64,000 bases of DNA from Candidatus Heimdallarchaeum endolithica (GTDB taxonomy: Archaea; Asgardarchaeota; Heimdallarchaeia; Heimdallarchaeales; Heimdallarchaeaceae): assembly GCA_021513715.1 (NCBI GenBank), contig CP084167.1, forward strand, positions 2,400,001 to 2,464,000, written 5' to 3'. The translations under genes were made by a program, and so were the position numbers. Under the pieces are notes generated by a model that was not told the DNA's origin, searched no databases, and worked only from the letters and a program-made list of their open reading frames with translations. Below, piece after piece: positions 18,501 through 31,100 of this stretch; positions within the stretch are counted from its first letter, which is position 1, and each line of letters starts with the position of its first letter.

Positions 18501-19108
18501 ATAAACAATTCGAGAAATATTTACCTATACATAACTCTAACAATTATTTTACATTGAATGTATTCCTACCTGAGATAAACACTAATACTACTTTCTTTGC
18601 AGATATTGTTTTATGGAGTGTGTGGGGAAGAACTTATTATCTTTCAAATTTATGGGAAGAATATTCGGAAACTAAAATAGATTTGGAAGTTAATATCAAA
18701 GAACCTACTATACATACCAATATTGAAGGAGAAAAATTATTAATAGAAATAGAATCGGAAAGGGAAATATATCTAACAAAATTACATTATCGATACTTAA
18801 ATTCTACATCTTGGCAAACAATTTCTTACTACGGGATTATTGAAATACAACAAGATTTTGGTTATATTGATAAACCTGTTGAAATTTCCATTGAAACATG
18901 GAATGAAGGATTAACAAATAATTATGCAAAGATAGAACAGTTAATAATATCACCTTCTGTTAACGAAGAAAAACAAGTAGTTAATTATGTTCTACCTGTT
19001 GTTTTTGTTAGTTTGGGAATAGGTTCTATTCTAGGGGGAGTATATATTGTTCGTATAAGGGATAAAAGAGGTTTGTTAAAATTACTTAAAGGAGTGAAAA
19101 GAGAATGA
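9596..19108 (+). CDS. Giant (3170 aa) surface protein with tandem Ig-like/beta-sandwich repeats
   Basis: Signal peptide; recurring D-x-x-(P)-P-x-I domain starts roughly every 100 aa with Y-[WY]-I-x-A-x-D strands; many NxS/T sequons; C-terminal TM (VLPVVFVSLGIGSILGGVYIV) followed by a basic tail. Confidence 0.85.
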   Translation: MFNKKYSLVKYFSLIFLTLIFVQSLSNSALIKVQGDTNNTIQIKNLFRSHENVLGGIEFSVYCQVETNGSNIVKEVLLRYTEDGENHTTRMYSNFYSYYVGVVPGQEINSSITYWVEAKDNENNTAKSIIVGPLTVFDGNLPLIGDIIQNPVVPTNLDTINITTWVTDNVGVKDVKIEYWINNQVTSNIILMNNDGGAKYVGSLPTCEIGTKIVYRIVAVDTSPLQNTKYSENRTVYITDGVHPYIVFYESDPNEPNASQEFYLIAEAWDSTGIDKVNVEVTYSYNSIPIIYEMENIPDTNLYQKKIVGQPENTNITFFFTAIDSSSEHLNSSTPTYSIVIHDNVKPIITNVVHEIPTYLPNYYIEINATITDVSEIGRATIFYTYDNGENITLRGSNMVRYANTSVFHAGIETQTAGTVCTYWIDVEDIHQNRQVTENYSLTFIDGIPPKIDNVNISPINSTTILDNTTVQVNCSVTDENNVTVKLEVKIVDYYGFEIETKTFDMIEKEENIFEYNITATNATNTVYWTIIATDDSLTNNTACYSSHYVVVDQGLPQILLCDTEPNDNSDTQSIYLKLVDDGKIKNIRVRPGISDGLFTTWYNPTYYAPELSDSYWEGTITTHLNLYGLTNYYFKIEVTVYDVWDNSFTDTYIFLIEDKTPPQINIVDYPETLNENEDFNITLQIVDNSSYTAWLLYQVNYGEEYIAPIIDTNGNLTGTISSSSYDFSQILLIYICAEDEKGNKIQIENPLTYVITDGNPPYISNDTTLFSYDNVKIAYNSTLTVRAIVNDPSGIDYVKLHYRYADGNEGEIDMNIDFYNQYNYSVEFNIDTLNYRNTNVELWLIARDNSGWVVNSYESKVLVLFRDIFSPSGKILDSLEYIELKNENISVTAQFKDDTYININSIKMEVKYFSLSLQNISLSRVISSTGENDYITEFEIDPNLLVPYVDQNISLRVIVEDSQGNIFFSQPLILLVKDTTSPCIDADSWIYSPLNPNVENKVYLPSVFDVSGINDTFTLVYLNSSESETEQLNTLYDSNLSRWYVLVPSFRALTLITLNATFSDIHGNINGVLLTETITDLEAPVIYSLITSPEPSDNKPVEFSANVSDDGEIYLVELIVEQNGMNISYFMSYNSSLYETDINLDKGSYNIWLKAVDMCNKVSYYSSTLTVIDKTPPSLISVNSYPYGFQPIDKNDFYFIVEGTDNEGLSQIIVEYTINSSSYRQIQSVANNSAIFMINDTEILPYDTILLTNITILDNAVSPNCLIKTTNLPQWIVGDNTPPEIYSHTDHNFDGSSTSDFYLTVYITENDVRNHTNIDSTIYYKYYNDSSWMNQSLYYGGEIIEEQCYYEVMLSPPWKAGTYEYYITVSLNGMTTLYYNETTPLTFAIEDFTSPIIKSDSLVHTSQDELQPINSSSDEDINDFVISFIVVEHETGIDLTIGDTNTGINVLLSLDSGSSWTKYGEVTNAQFLGNGEYQITYTISADDLRTFIHHETILYKIKLKDSANNEKIYTSFEGDTFSFNIKDLYPPQIQWILITKESNPSPNYWAYDLENLPEGYYLVDTTSTLNYSITGISPLLDEGDFGYSDIIKIGLKIKDHTAFNNPPDIRTYFNYGTENININKTIYGNSEFLFWVEFDLANIVGSNNFKSHKDTTETPFRLQLNYYFILTDSYSNELTSQNYSIYLYDTYAPKLTNGYNRPYFTDLNDNVREDEGKCVLPNEYNKLMFSFEEVSLVTQNDITIQFYDTKGEIFYYEVNNNEINLDNNGFQYSVSITMDYNTFLSFPDVRFCIKIVISPNDGLILEKYYLLDIEALNVYYVKMVANYNEINWAVDGGTAIAHAETGDIYPGQPLNEVTITLGNLMYETHIEVYAHYEMTDKFNPTTSDIVSVSQLLKSFIQTPSSDLKLTKIINSWDANPEYAGNIYLFLKLYYTWDIPSNAISSSDITEGKCYIYIHHNKAVEEVDFASSPVSHDEITDEDYNSGSFQVKLTLKSYWTFLPTLLEYSTTLTFVDITDSSNTYDFNIICTMSADTVLQSNLEYTNLYYLSLTCIFELQLSTIIDNLKPGIYSLKLLAGNILTEKVEIDTNNDETVDKTFPQNIVCSIQVTYSDNNPPSLREDPEFGLTQTYEYDEQDIKSTSFKILAADGYLGLQTPRFYWRKIGSTSWNEATLTYSNDFGNEKRYYAILYDQDLGTEGIEYFFTIEDESWKTIFGRLEDNNWNPGMKYGFKNTPDEPSISDSDIKPLLSFPILPNDQNLKLSYVGCSPSSNTLSSNDGVTITLQFDNLIGDFTESALFITSDVNKKFETDNTLYIRIKYWDHDSYVYLRSETSDIINYNYINKHSLQLTVRLHDNIWNSISDTAKEFKYYINSHYHFKFDEFDFNYDYETEKGTSSQYGNWQKITVVDDVAPKITDVFIYDSNNEHSIDETYKICASAENSNTGWHVYEASSFELQVYMNKEGTIKTIDLVGNDYSAYYAVYEIKFSDYYSDLSSGDTIYLQIIAWHSNNDNMKGFSATTSISFTDTHQTSLISSYSVNPYDSNDKKDLRYYSHTISLSSTINSNHQFIVTLEDLDTDNTALSCTIDVTFIPYTVTNSYYYKYTYGVSASSIDTSTAHRAVFTFDITPSMRVMNHNPVATGSGRWAGNIKITIDYGKNLENTKVCGKNIIYEDYNSPYFYSSSLDLSSGNMGSQVRFTLKYRKWSPPKYMTTLTNHLVKMQYKYGSTWVDLTCTRMEVHSGGSTGRSYWYIYFDMDVKYSYAPDRTMYYRYKIVSQDQSSTYYSSSKYFTWKDVTNPTISTVSFAGDGDPMVSQRINTRVKDNYYVSNVYIQYYWSGHGSSSSPYSTTASKYSGSRTDGWWKAFIPGTTPNKNVYVYYRVKAKDSSGRTTYSSWKSYHSYSSGPIFGLLLSHAVNQQEERTYSNETNSVEKMLPIYSSYIYDHNGIILTLGTGGIMANGQLGLYLHNKQFEKYLPIHNSNNYFTLNVFLPEINTNTTFFADIVLWSVWGRTYYLSNLWEEYSETKIDLEVNIKEPTIHTNIEGEKLLIEIESEREIYLTKLHYRYLNSTSWQTISYYGIIEIQQDFGYIDKPVEISIETWNEGLTNNYAKIEQLIISPSVNEEKQVVNYVLPVVFVSLGIGSILGGVYIVRIRDKRGLLKLLKGVKRE

Positions 19109-22100
19109 AAAAAATAATCACAAATAAAAAAATTAAAAGCCTTAAAGTAAGTTTTTTGACAATAATAATAATTATTGGTGTAACCTTTGGTGATATTACT
19201 CACGTAATAAGTGACTACTCCTATCACCCAACAAATGAGTTTTATTTTTTCCATGACAGATATTTTTCTGTTAACAACACATTTGGCTGGAAGGGAGATT
19301 ATGATATAAAGAGTAAAAGTTTATCCATTTTGGATGATCACAGTATAAAGAAAAGCGTCGATATTTCAACATGGAATGGATACTCTCCACTTCTATTAAC
19401 AGTTAGAACGAACACAGAATCTTCTGACGCTATTGATCAACTGCTAATTTATGATAGTAACACGTCAAGTATCATAATGGAAAAAAATAATATTAACGTT
19501 TTACGTTCTGTAAGAATAGATTACTACATATTTCCTTCAACAGAATATATTACTATTAAAATCAAAGATTCAGATTCAAATGTTTATGATTGTAATATAA
19601 AAGAAGTAGCTCTTTTCACTCCTCAATACCATCAAATAGATTTGTTATCAAATACTTATGCAGTTCCTGAGGAAGACTATCCTTTAGCTCGTTGGTATGA
19701 AACTGAATACGGATATGTTACTGATCAATATTTAGAACATAATGCACGAGTGGTTAAAACAAATGAAGTAGAGTATGGATTTTCTGAACTTTCATTTTAC
19801 TTTGAAGTTCCTTCAGTTTATATGCCTACATTAAATTATATGTTTTCTAGCGCTAAAGAAACAGAACAAACTATTTATCAAATTGATATTTCTGTTTTAG
19901 ATTTTGATGCTAGAACAAGCTATTATACTTTGAAAAGCGAAAAAGAGATTTACGATAGTTACCCTACTATCAATGCTGTTGACCTCTCTTCTTATGCAGG
20001 ACACTATATAAATCTGAAAGTCAAAATTACATGGTCTAATAATATTGAATTATCAAAATTAGGACTGATTATTAACTATCTTTTTATTGATGGAATAGTT
20101 AATGAAGACTACTATACTCCAGGAGATACAATTGCTGCTGAAGAATATTCTAAGTCACTGTACAAGTCTAAAGTCAAAGAAATTGACGATTTCACTTTTA
20201 TAGAGGGAGAAGGGTATGTAAGCTACTCTAACCCATTGCTTATGATCGATAACAATGTGGAAGGAGGTTATCTATCATATCAAATTCAAAATAGTGTAAG
20301 TGTATATGAAGATGATTTTTATGATATTGATTTAGACGGTTGGTACTATAACACTAATTATACTAGTAATGTAGATTCTTCTTTGTATACCGACACTTTA
20401 ACAAATGAAACGAAAACTACAGTCCATTACGACCAAAATTTCAATGATTCTTATATTATTGATACATCTTTTACTATTCTTGGAACGAGTGAGAGTAGAC
20501 AATCAACTTTTACTATTTTGTTTAACTATGATAACAATACACATTCTGGTTATGGACTAAGATTCGGTTATGGGGACGAAGAAAAAGGCTATATTAGTTT
20601 AATAAGGATAATCAACAATTTAGAGACTGAATTATATTTCAGAAATGAAGAAATTCTTAAAGATGTTTCTTATTCCATATCTATTATCTATTCTAAAAAT
20701 GGTACAACAGTTGAAATATCTAATTCAGAGACTATTAATGTATATGACAGTGCCTTTAACAATGGATTTTTAGGTTTCGCTTTTGATACAATTAAGGCAC
20801 AGATAACAAGTGTTTCTGTACAGATGAGAGATGAGTATGCGATTGATAGGTTACATTTTAGAGCTATGAACACAGGAACAGAAAATGTTGATGTTAATTT
20901 CTATGTTGATCAAATCGATGGTAATGGTCTTTCTAGACAATTACTAGCAAAAATAGTTTTGGAGAAAGGGAAGGGACTAAAACAGTATACTTGCCCTATC
21001 AATCCTGAATTAATAGGTTTTCGAGTCATTTTAAGTGTTGAAATCGTCACTCCTTTTATATTTCCAATATATCTAGATACAATACAATTCTCAGGTGCTA
21101 CGCCTTTTGGTTATACAAGATATGCATGGGATTATTATAGAAAAGGATCAAAAGCTTATGTCGACCATGATAAACTCTACTATGACGGAAATGAGCCTTC
21201 TGCATATGAAACACCTTTTGACTTTACAGATTCGACAGACGAAATTTTCTATCCTAAGTTTGGAATGAATACTCCTTGGCAAAAAATTTATGATTATGAA
21301 GACTCTTCTAATTTATTTACTTCTTTTGATAAATTCGGAGACTGGAAAGGAATAATTGATGTTACAAAGAGCATTCATTTCTCTTTAACAAATAATACAA
21401 ATAGTATGTATGGAGTAAAATCTTTAGCTCCCTTCCAAATTTCGGGAGATTTTGATATCCATCTCACATTTTCTTCTACTAGCTCTTTTTCTTTTTATGA
21501 TGTTTTACAAGTCGGATTGAAAAACAATGAAGGAGATACATTTCTAGCAGTTGGAAGAAAAGGAGATATTTACTACTTGTTGATTGATGGACAAGAGAGA
21601 AAAGTTGTTAGCCTAACTCAAAGTTTAACGGACTTTGTTTTTCATTTGCAATGGAACAATGGGACACTTACTTTTGAATTCGGAGAGAAAGAGATATTTT
21701 CACTGTTTTTAGATGAACCTGCATTATACCAATCCATATCCAATATAGAACTTGTAATCGCATCTCAAGACTTTTTTGATACAACTTTGAAAAGTGTCTC
21801 TGCTGCGTATAAAAATGGTTATACAACATTACGTCATCGAATATTTGAAGAAAAATTTACAGATAAGAGTTTTAGTCAATGGGAAGTAGAGAATAGTTCT
21901 ACTGATTACGCGAGAATTGTTAACAGTCAACTTTATTCTTATTTTGGAAATAGCTCTGATTGGCATGGAGTGACTCTTTCCCACAAACAATCATTAGGAT
22001 TGAATTTTATCTTAGAATATGGTTTTGACGTTTTGCAATCTGATAAAGAATCAAAAGGGAAACAAAAACTCTCTTTAATGTCTAATGAAACAGAGGTATT

Positions 22101-25100
22101 ATCTGTTATTTTAGAAGATATTCAGTCAAATGATGAAACACCAGTTATGAAGATAAATCTTTACGGAACACTCATAGATTCTTACATTTTGCCATCTATT
22201 TGTATTAATCATGCATTAAGAATTAAAAAGGAAGGATTAAACGTTCAAATAAGTTATTATGATACTTTATCGTGGAAAGATTATCTTTCTTTTCAAATTA
22301 ATCCAAATGAATTGAATATTGATGAATTAGTTTTATCTCAAGAGAAATATGAAAATTTACCTTATTCTGATTTCTATATTAATTATCTAAGTGTGGATAG
22401 ATATTATTACAATATGGGATATGAAACAAACGCTGTTCATTCTGTCCTTAATGAGGAATTTTATTCTACAATAACAACTGATTCTAACTGGATAATTGAT
22501 TATACTAATTGCAATGAAAGTGATATAGATTTTGTAAATGATGAAGATATTCTTTATCTTACTCCGAATAATCCTAATATTGCAACAGGAACAATTAATT
22601 TTACTCGAATATTAAGCAACGTTACAGATATTGAGTTTACTCTAGATCTAATGTATAGCTTAATTGCTATATACAAAACTGGTGAATTTATTATTAATAT
22701 AAATGGAGGAGATTTATCTCTTTGGTTAAAGTTTAATGGAGAAAATATTACTCTAACCTTATCTTCTCAAATCGAGTCTCAATCAACCACTATTAACAAA
22801 AACTTTTTTGATCATAATACATTGCGTTTAATAAGTTCAAGTTCAGGACTTACTCTTTATTCTGATTTTATCAAACTCGGTAAACTTCAACCTTTACTTT
22901 CTATTGATTCTTATGCAGTGTCTTTACGTTCTGTAAGTCTAATTATTCAGACAAATTTCAATTCTAACCCTATTTCTTTTGGATTAGGTCGCCTAGCAAT
23001 TTCTGATTCAGATATTACAGTATATCAGTCTCCATGGTCTGATGGTTATACTATTATTAACGATTATTTCTCTGAGTTAAATTGGGCTACAAGAGGTTAT
23101 AACTATTATACACAACCCTTTACAATAACTGATGGTTCTCAACTTCAAACAAAGTTTACTACCGAAAGAAATGATTGGTATGGAAATACTTATTCAAAGG
23201 ATTATACATTTGAAATGGATTTCTTCATGGATGTAAGATTTTCTTTTATTCTTAATGGGGATAATGGATATCAATCTTTTATTTTAGAGAATAAAATTAA
23301 ATATCAAAATCTCATTGAAGTTAGATTTATAAGCGAAAATGAGAGCATTTGTATTCAACTTTTAATACAAAATGTTGTTGTAGATTCAATAATTTATGAA
23401 CATAGTATTATAGGTGGAATCTTACGTATTCAAAGAATAGGTGATAGAGTAGATGTCTACGGTGATTGGATTTCAAACCAACACTCATTTGAAAAAATGT
23501 TCTCTTATACTAATAATCTTAAGGACATATACATTGATCGTATCAAAATTAGGCAACTATCAAAGACTTCTTCTGCACATACCATGTGCATAGATGGATT
23601 ATACCTTAATACCCGTACTCTACCTGTACCAAATCCTTATACTCCTGCAATAGGTGAATTTGTTCCACTAACATATTCTACCACTTTTCAATCAATAGAT
23701 GATTATACTTCTTATGTTTATGGAAATGTAAATTCTGAAAACGTTCCTTTCACACATACTAATGGCTTACAAACACTTTTTGATTTTGATTCTTTTTCTA
23801 ATGAATTTCGAGGACGAACATTTTACAAAGACATTGTTTGTGTGGATGATTTTATCTTCACTTTTGATATTTCAGTAAACATTAGTTATAATAAAGTAGG
23901 ACTTTTGAATATTGAATTTTTAGACAATTCTTACCAAACTGTATTTCTTATTCAAGTTATAACCAATGACACTCTAAAAATTAATCTCTATTTACGTTCT
24001 TCTCTTATTTATACTTACGAAGATGAAATATCTTCTCTTCTAACTAACTCTTTCCGCCTTGCTAGAGCAGGAACAAAAATTCTTTTTGGTGTCTTTCGAG
24101 GAGATTATTATGTTCCTCTTGGTTCTCCTCTTGAAAGTTCTGTATCTCTTCTCTCCTCTTTCAACAGCGATTTATTCGGTATGAAAATCACTCAAGCAGC
24201 TTTATTTAATAACGTTACTTCTCCTAACTCTATTGTTCTTAATAGAATAGAAATTAACACTGCAAGTAGTGATGAAAGCAATTTAATATATAGAGAATCA
24301 ATTAACGATCCTAACTTTATAGCTAGTTACGATATGTGGATAAGAAATGAAACAAAATTAAGCATTTCTGCCTTTTCTAATTATTATACAGGAGAAAATA
24401 TAACTGAAAGATTGCAACTATCGATATATCTGTTGCCAATAGGTATGCCATTTAGTATCGACCCTGAAAACTATGTGGGAAGTATAATATTCTTAGATAA
24501 TGATATTGATACTTACACTCACTCTTTGATGATAATAGGATATACGGGATTATTTGAAGTTATAGTATGTATAGATCGTATGATACCAATTAGTCTATTT
24601 ACTTTAGAAACAAGTGCACCTTCTTCTTATGCTGAAGCAGAAAAGGATTATGAATATCAGTCTGATATTTTTGGTTGGGAAGAAGAATTTGAAGGATATA
24701 CTAATCCTACAGGTTGGGACGAATCAGTTTGGACAAAAGAGATTTTTATTTCTCAAGAAACTATGACTAAAGATTTATGGACATGTTATAATACCCAGAT
24801 TCAATTCACTTCCAGTTCCTTAATCATAAAACATATTTCACAATATAAGGGAACTGTGACAATTAACATTCCTCCCGTAAATGTGTCTCTCTATCCTTTT
24901 CTCTCTTTTGATATTATGACAACGGAGAGGTTCGCTTCAGAATCAATTAGCTTAGTAATTGGTAATAAGTCCATAGATATCACTCCAACTATAGACACAA
25001 CTTTAGGTTTTACAACAGTAAGAAAGAATCTTTATGAGTTAATTTATCCTAATGTAAATGAAACTGTAGGTCAAATTACTTTTGCTATCTATAATCCTTG

Positions 25101-28100
25101 TACGATAACTATACGAAATCTACAAATCTATAAAATCTATGATTATGATTATGTTCACTATTCTAATGGAGAGAATAACTCTACAGCTGACAGTGTAGCA
25201 GATATAGGTTTTCACGTTGGGACTAACACTCTTATAGCCTTTTTACTCGGCAGATATTGTAGTCAGTCACGAGCAGAGCAAGAGTTAGATATTGTAAATA
25301 ATATAAAAGCAATGTATGATGTTCCTGTTGTATCTTTCTACTCTGATGATATAAATTTCATCTATTGGTTTAATGATAGTATAAATTTGAATAAAAGAGT
25401 TCTTTTAATAGTTTTTGATGAAATTCCTACAAAACTTTTAGATACATATTATTACTATGATGATTTTGGCAGACCTTTTGAAACTTCTTTATTAGAAGAT
25501 TTTCAGCGCAATGGCAATTACCTTTTATGGATAGGTAGTGCTCCATTTTCTAAAGGAGTCAATCCTGAGGGTAATTTAATTGATTTAGATTATGAAGATT
25601 ATAAGCAATTTAGCGGACAAATAGTGGAAACAGACATTGATCTTCAAGTTAACATTAGTGATTTTGGAGAAGAATTAGGTATATCACCCTACTCTACAAG
25701 CTGGTTTGTTAATGTTTCTTCTATGCCTTCCTCTTTAGGTGAGTGGATAGGTGGATATGTCAACATCACGGGATTAATTTATAATTCTTCAGAACATGGT
25801 AATGACATTCTTCTACATCCTTACAATTATTATTTCCATATGTTATCTTCCTTCCTAGGACATAATTATGGTTTTCTAGGTGTAACTGATACCTCTATTC
25901 TTGTAAGATTGCTAGATATCGTTTTTATTCCTCCAACACAATATGATAAGATCTTTGGAAACTTGATATTAAAAGGACCTATATTTTTAGAAAAACGTTG
26001 GTCATTTGAAGATCAATTCCAATTTTTATATGTAGGAACAACTGACCTCGTTAATGTAATAATTGATAATAAAAGTTTAACTTACGCTTTTCCTGATATT
26101 TTAGAATTGGAAGAATATAGTATCTCTAGTGTTGATGGTTTTTCTTTGGTTACAAATAGCTCGAATATAGTTTCCATAGATTCGATTACTTTTATCAATC
26201 AAGGAGCTTCGACCACTCCTTCTGTTTTTAATTTTGACGAGCCTAACTCTTTAGATTTTAAACAGAACTTTGTCCCAATAAGTGGAGGATTTGATTATGA
26301 TAATGGTGATGAAAACTATGTCTTAAAATGGAGAAATAATCTTAGTCAACCTTATTCTGCTGCTCTTCTTGACACACAAAGTTATGGAGATAGTGTGATA
26401 CAATTTGAAATGGGTGTTTATCCTACTGGAGATGAAACTCATATAGGAGGAATAATGCTTAATATTCCTGTTATAAATTCTTCTTCTCTCTTCTTTGATT
26501 CACTTTTCATTGGTTTTAAGATGGTTGGTGGTGGAGATCTAACTTTTCCCTTATCACTCTTTGTTGCCCGATATTATTCTCCTACTTCATATACTGTGCT
26601 ATATGAAAAAGAAATAACAAAATTAGGTAACTCTTTTGGAGGAAATAATGATATTCTTGCTCCTCTGAAACTTACAATTATTAAGACAGTTACTTCTACA
26701 GGGTTGAAACTTTCAATTTATTCTAAAGTCTATCGGGTTTATCCTTACTATGGTGCAGATGAACTACTAGAAATACAAATTGAGAATGATGGAATTTATA
26801 ACTGTAAAACTGCTTGGTTTGGTCAAGATTATTCTTTTGATTACGATATGAGAGGAACAGGAAAAATAGGAATCTTTACAACTTCTACCTCTTTTACTTT
26901 TCATCACCTCTCTGTTTACACTACTATTGCAAATACTTGTGGTGATTATGTAAATCTTGCATCGGGGACAAGTCATATCTCATCTGATGGATTATGGTTA
27001 GAAGGAATAATGGAAACAGCATTCCAAGAAAATGTTGATACAAACTATATTTTCTCTATTTTTGATCCATCACAAAGTGTTGCTTCATTCGATAAGAAAA
27101 AATATGTTGAAGTATCTATCGTTAACACTCTCGGTCAAAAAAGAAGCATAGTGTTTAGCCTTGGAGGTTGGGGGACTTATGTAGATAACGAGTCTATTGT
27201 AGGACAACCTTTGTATAGTTATAGAACTGTTGATCCCTTTTATTCAATTAGTTCAAAAGAATATGATGGAACGTATATGGTTATTGTAACGGTGGATAAA
27301 GGAGAAATTGTTTTCAAAGTATGGGAAAGAGACTCTCTCTCAACTGTTTATACTAAAGAGTTTGTAGGATTTGAAGCCATTAACTCTGAAGCAGAAATAA
27401 AGCTACGTATTTCTACCATTAATACCGTTGCATATATTGATTACATTGCTAACGGCAAAATGCAAGCTTCTGACCTTTCTTTTGCTTATGGTAGAGGATT
27501 GTTAGGTGCAGGAGAAGTATCATACTGGTTAAAGGGAGACACACGTTACTCTCTAGTTTTAGACAATTCTCTTATTACTTCTAGTTATAGAGTTTCTAAT
27601 GAGTCTTTGAACACTCTCTATTCTACATTTTTGTTAAATGAGACTTCAAATTTAGGATATGTTAGTAAATACAACTCCAATACGGTTTATAATATCTCAA
27701 TTATAGAAAACACACTTTATTTCAATAACAATAACATGAATTTTACATTTGTCAATGAACATTGGTATGACCTTTCTTATTCCTTTAACTTGACTTATCA
27801 AATTTTATCAATTACTGATACAAGTAAGAATGAAGCTTGTCCTGTTGAATGGGAATTCTATGTTAATACTTCTATTGTAGATGGAACTGAATATAGTATT
27901 GATATTTTTTCTTTTGATGGAATTGTATTAATAGATAAATTGTCTTTACCTTCTCTTTCTTCCAACTTTTATGACAAAGATTTAGGAGAATGGACTTATG
28001 ACACTAATTATAACGTTCCTTCCTTCTCTAACATTTACTCTAACACTTCTAGCTATCTACAATTAATGATTTATTCTCTCATGGGGCCTGTAAATGTGAC

Positions 28101-31100
28101 TGTTTTTGGTGATGGAAAATATATTGGTAGCACATTACTTGAATATAATCCTTTTTCATCTTACTCTCCCGCTATAATAAATCTTGAAAACTTTGATACA
28201 ACAGGATTACATAAATATACTTTATACATAGATAATGTGGTAGAGTTTGATAGTTTGTGTTTAGGAGAGACATTGCCAATCACAGAATTTCTTTACACTG
28301 CCCCTGATGATGACAATAGTTATACAGACTCTCGTTTCTCTTTAGACTTTTCTGATTCTCCTTATTACAATGAGAAATTAGGAAAAGTTCTCTGTTTGCA
28401 TAATGCAGATAACTATTCCGTTTCTATTTCTAATCTTACCTCTGTTTCTTCTTTAGAACTTTACTATAAGATTCCTTCAGAAGATAAATTAACTATCACT
28501 CTTCCACTCAAAGCTACGTATGTTAATGACTATACTTATGATACTCGCAATATTCTTTTTGAGCTTATACTATCAGGAGATGAAACTAAAGATACAGAAA
28601 TATATACACAAGGATATACAAATTACCAACTTATCCAAGTATGGGATACTATTACAGATGACAATATTTGGCATTATTATCAATCTGCTTTTACTTTTTA
28701 CCTTCAATCTGTGGAATACATGAGCGTAGGACAAAGTAAAACTTACAACTTGTACAACAATTTTGATGTTTCTTCTCCTACTGACTCTCTTTACAATCTC
28801 TATTCTCTTTCTGCAATAGAAAGTTTTGATAATTATAATCTTAGTTTTATTGCTACAACAACAACGAATGTATTTATTGACAGTTTTTCTCTTTATACTC
28901 CCCCTACTCCCACATTTCCTGCACTGGACTTAAGAACCTTTGCTCTTTCCTCTTCTGCTCATTGGAAATCCGTAACTACAAACAATTTAGGTAGACTGGA
29001 TTTTGGTGATATGTTCAATCTTACTCCTTACGATGATTTCTCTTTCTATTTCTCTTTCTCTTTAGAAACTATAGCTGAATGTAATGGCTTCCTCAGTATT
29101 TCTACTAACTTAGCTTTTACATTTCTCACACCCACTATGTGGGATTACCAACCTAAATTTATCGATCAACCTACATCAACTTTACTTGCTATTCCTATTT
29201 CGGCTATAGGTGGACTAAATAGATTTATTTTTAGAGTATATAATCATGGACTGTTAAATCTTACAAATACTACAAGCCTTTATTTCCAGATAAATGTGGG
29301 GTTAGACCATACATTTACTCCTCGCCTTAACTCCATTCAACTATCTAAGAATGAACTAAATCAAACTTATATACCCGAATGGGTTGTTTCTACTCCTTCT
29401 ACGTGGATTGATCTAGAAGGTGAATATACCTCTGCTAGTGATTGGGTTCCTGTTTACAACAACGCTTCCTCTAGTTGGGGAACTTTTGATATTTTACAAC
29501 GTTCCGTTCCTCTCGCAGGAGATGTGGTAATAAACAATGTAACTTTATCAGAAGAAAGCTTTGAGTATTCCCAAACAAATAACTATGGACAAATACAAAT
29601 TCTCAATGACTTCGATCCTGAATTATATAGTAATAACACACAAATTATGTGTACATTTTATTACTATCTTTTTGCTGATATCACATCAGAAAATAATTTC
29701 AGTTTAATTTCCAATCTTGATATAAGTAATATTACTGCTATTGTTTTTGACGGATTAATTATTCATCAACCTACTTCTTGGAATGGTAGTAGCTTTTCTA
29801 CTCTTGTTCCTATCAATAATACAGAAAACCACTTCCAATTAGATATTTCTTCTAATCCATACACTATTTCCAATAATAGTTATCTAGGTTACGAACTCTC
29901 CACAAATTGGCACAAAAAAGGTTTCCATTCAGTTACCTTCTTCCTAAATGGAGTAAATCAATATACACATAATTTTTCTATGGTTATTGATGGATTAACG
30001 GATATCTTAGTACCTTTTGCTTCTGCTACTGATTATTCGTTGGATATTTCTGATAAACTCTCCCAGGAAAGAATCTATATAACCTTAGATGAATATAAAG
30101 GTGGAAAAAATATTCCATATTTCAGTTACGTAGATGTAGCCCGTAGACCTTATGCTTCAAAAGATTATCTTTACTCTGTTGTAAATTTTGATGGAATAGC
30201 TTTTCATGTAACTCGAATGGTTTGGATAGGTGTAGCTGATTATAACACTCAAGATAAAATAGGTTATGCAATTTGTGCTATTATCACTGATCAAGGAACT
30301 AACCATGAAGTACACGAACTTTATGTGCAAAAAATAGAAGTGATGTCTGCTGTTCCATGTTCTACTGATTTAGAACTAGAAGAGAAAGCTCAAAGTATGG
30401 GCTTATCTCCTACTTCTTCCTTATCTCATAAATTGGGTTTATCACAAATGTATATAGCTAGTGCTATTTCCAGTTCAAGACACAAGTCAGTAGTGTTAGG
30501 ATTACAAGAATCTAATTATAAATTAGAAGTAATAAACAACACAGTTACTCTTTTCTTGACAAATATTAAAGATATTGAATACTGGAATACAGGAGAAGAA
30601 CATCTACACACGGGAGTTCTTTCTAATTACAATGTCACAATTGATAATCATACTTTTTCCAACTTTAATGCTACTCAAATGAAAATAGTGCTACAAGATA
30701 GACTGATCACAATCAATCTCCTTAGTCAACAATTACATATTCTCAGTGGAGAAAATGTTTTTGCTTATATATTAGGTGAAGATTCTCTTTCTGTTTCTTC
30801 TGGAAGTTCTAAACTAATTGCAAGTAGTACAGGGCTTTTCCTTATCTCTGAAGTAACTCCAATAAGTGCTGACAGTCGTCCTCTCTCTTCTTCAGACTCA
30901 TTAATGTCTGCTCAAGAATCGCTCTATGAAATGGCAGAAAATATAGATCTAGAAGGATATTTTATCGCTATTGCCCGTTCTCGCTGGAGACAATTCCATG
31001 ATTTCATTCAAACTAACGTTCTTTGTCCACTTAAAACATTAGCTAAATCATCGAATTTGGTTGTAAAATACATATTTAATCAATTATTTACCCACAACAG

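Noticed and set aside
20320-20342. DIDLDG in the 6099-aa protein as an RNA-polymerase DxDGD motif
   Set aside because: Not the consensus, and it lies in the beta-rich exported region.
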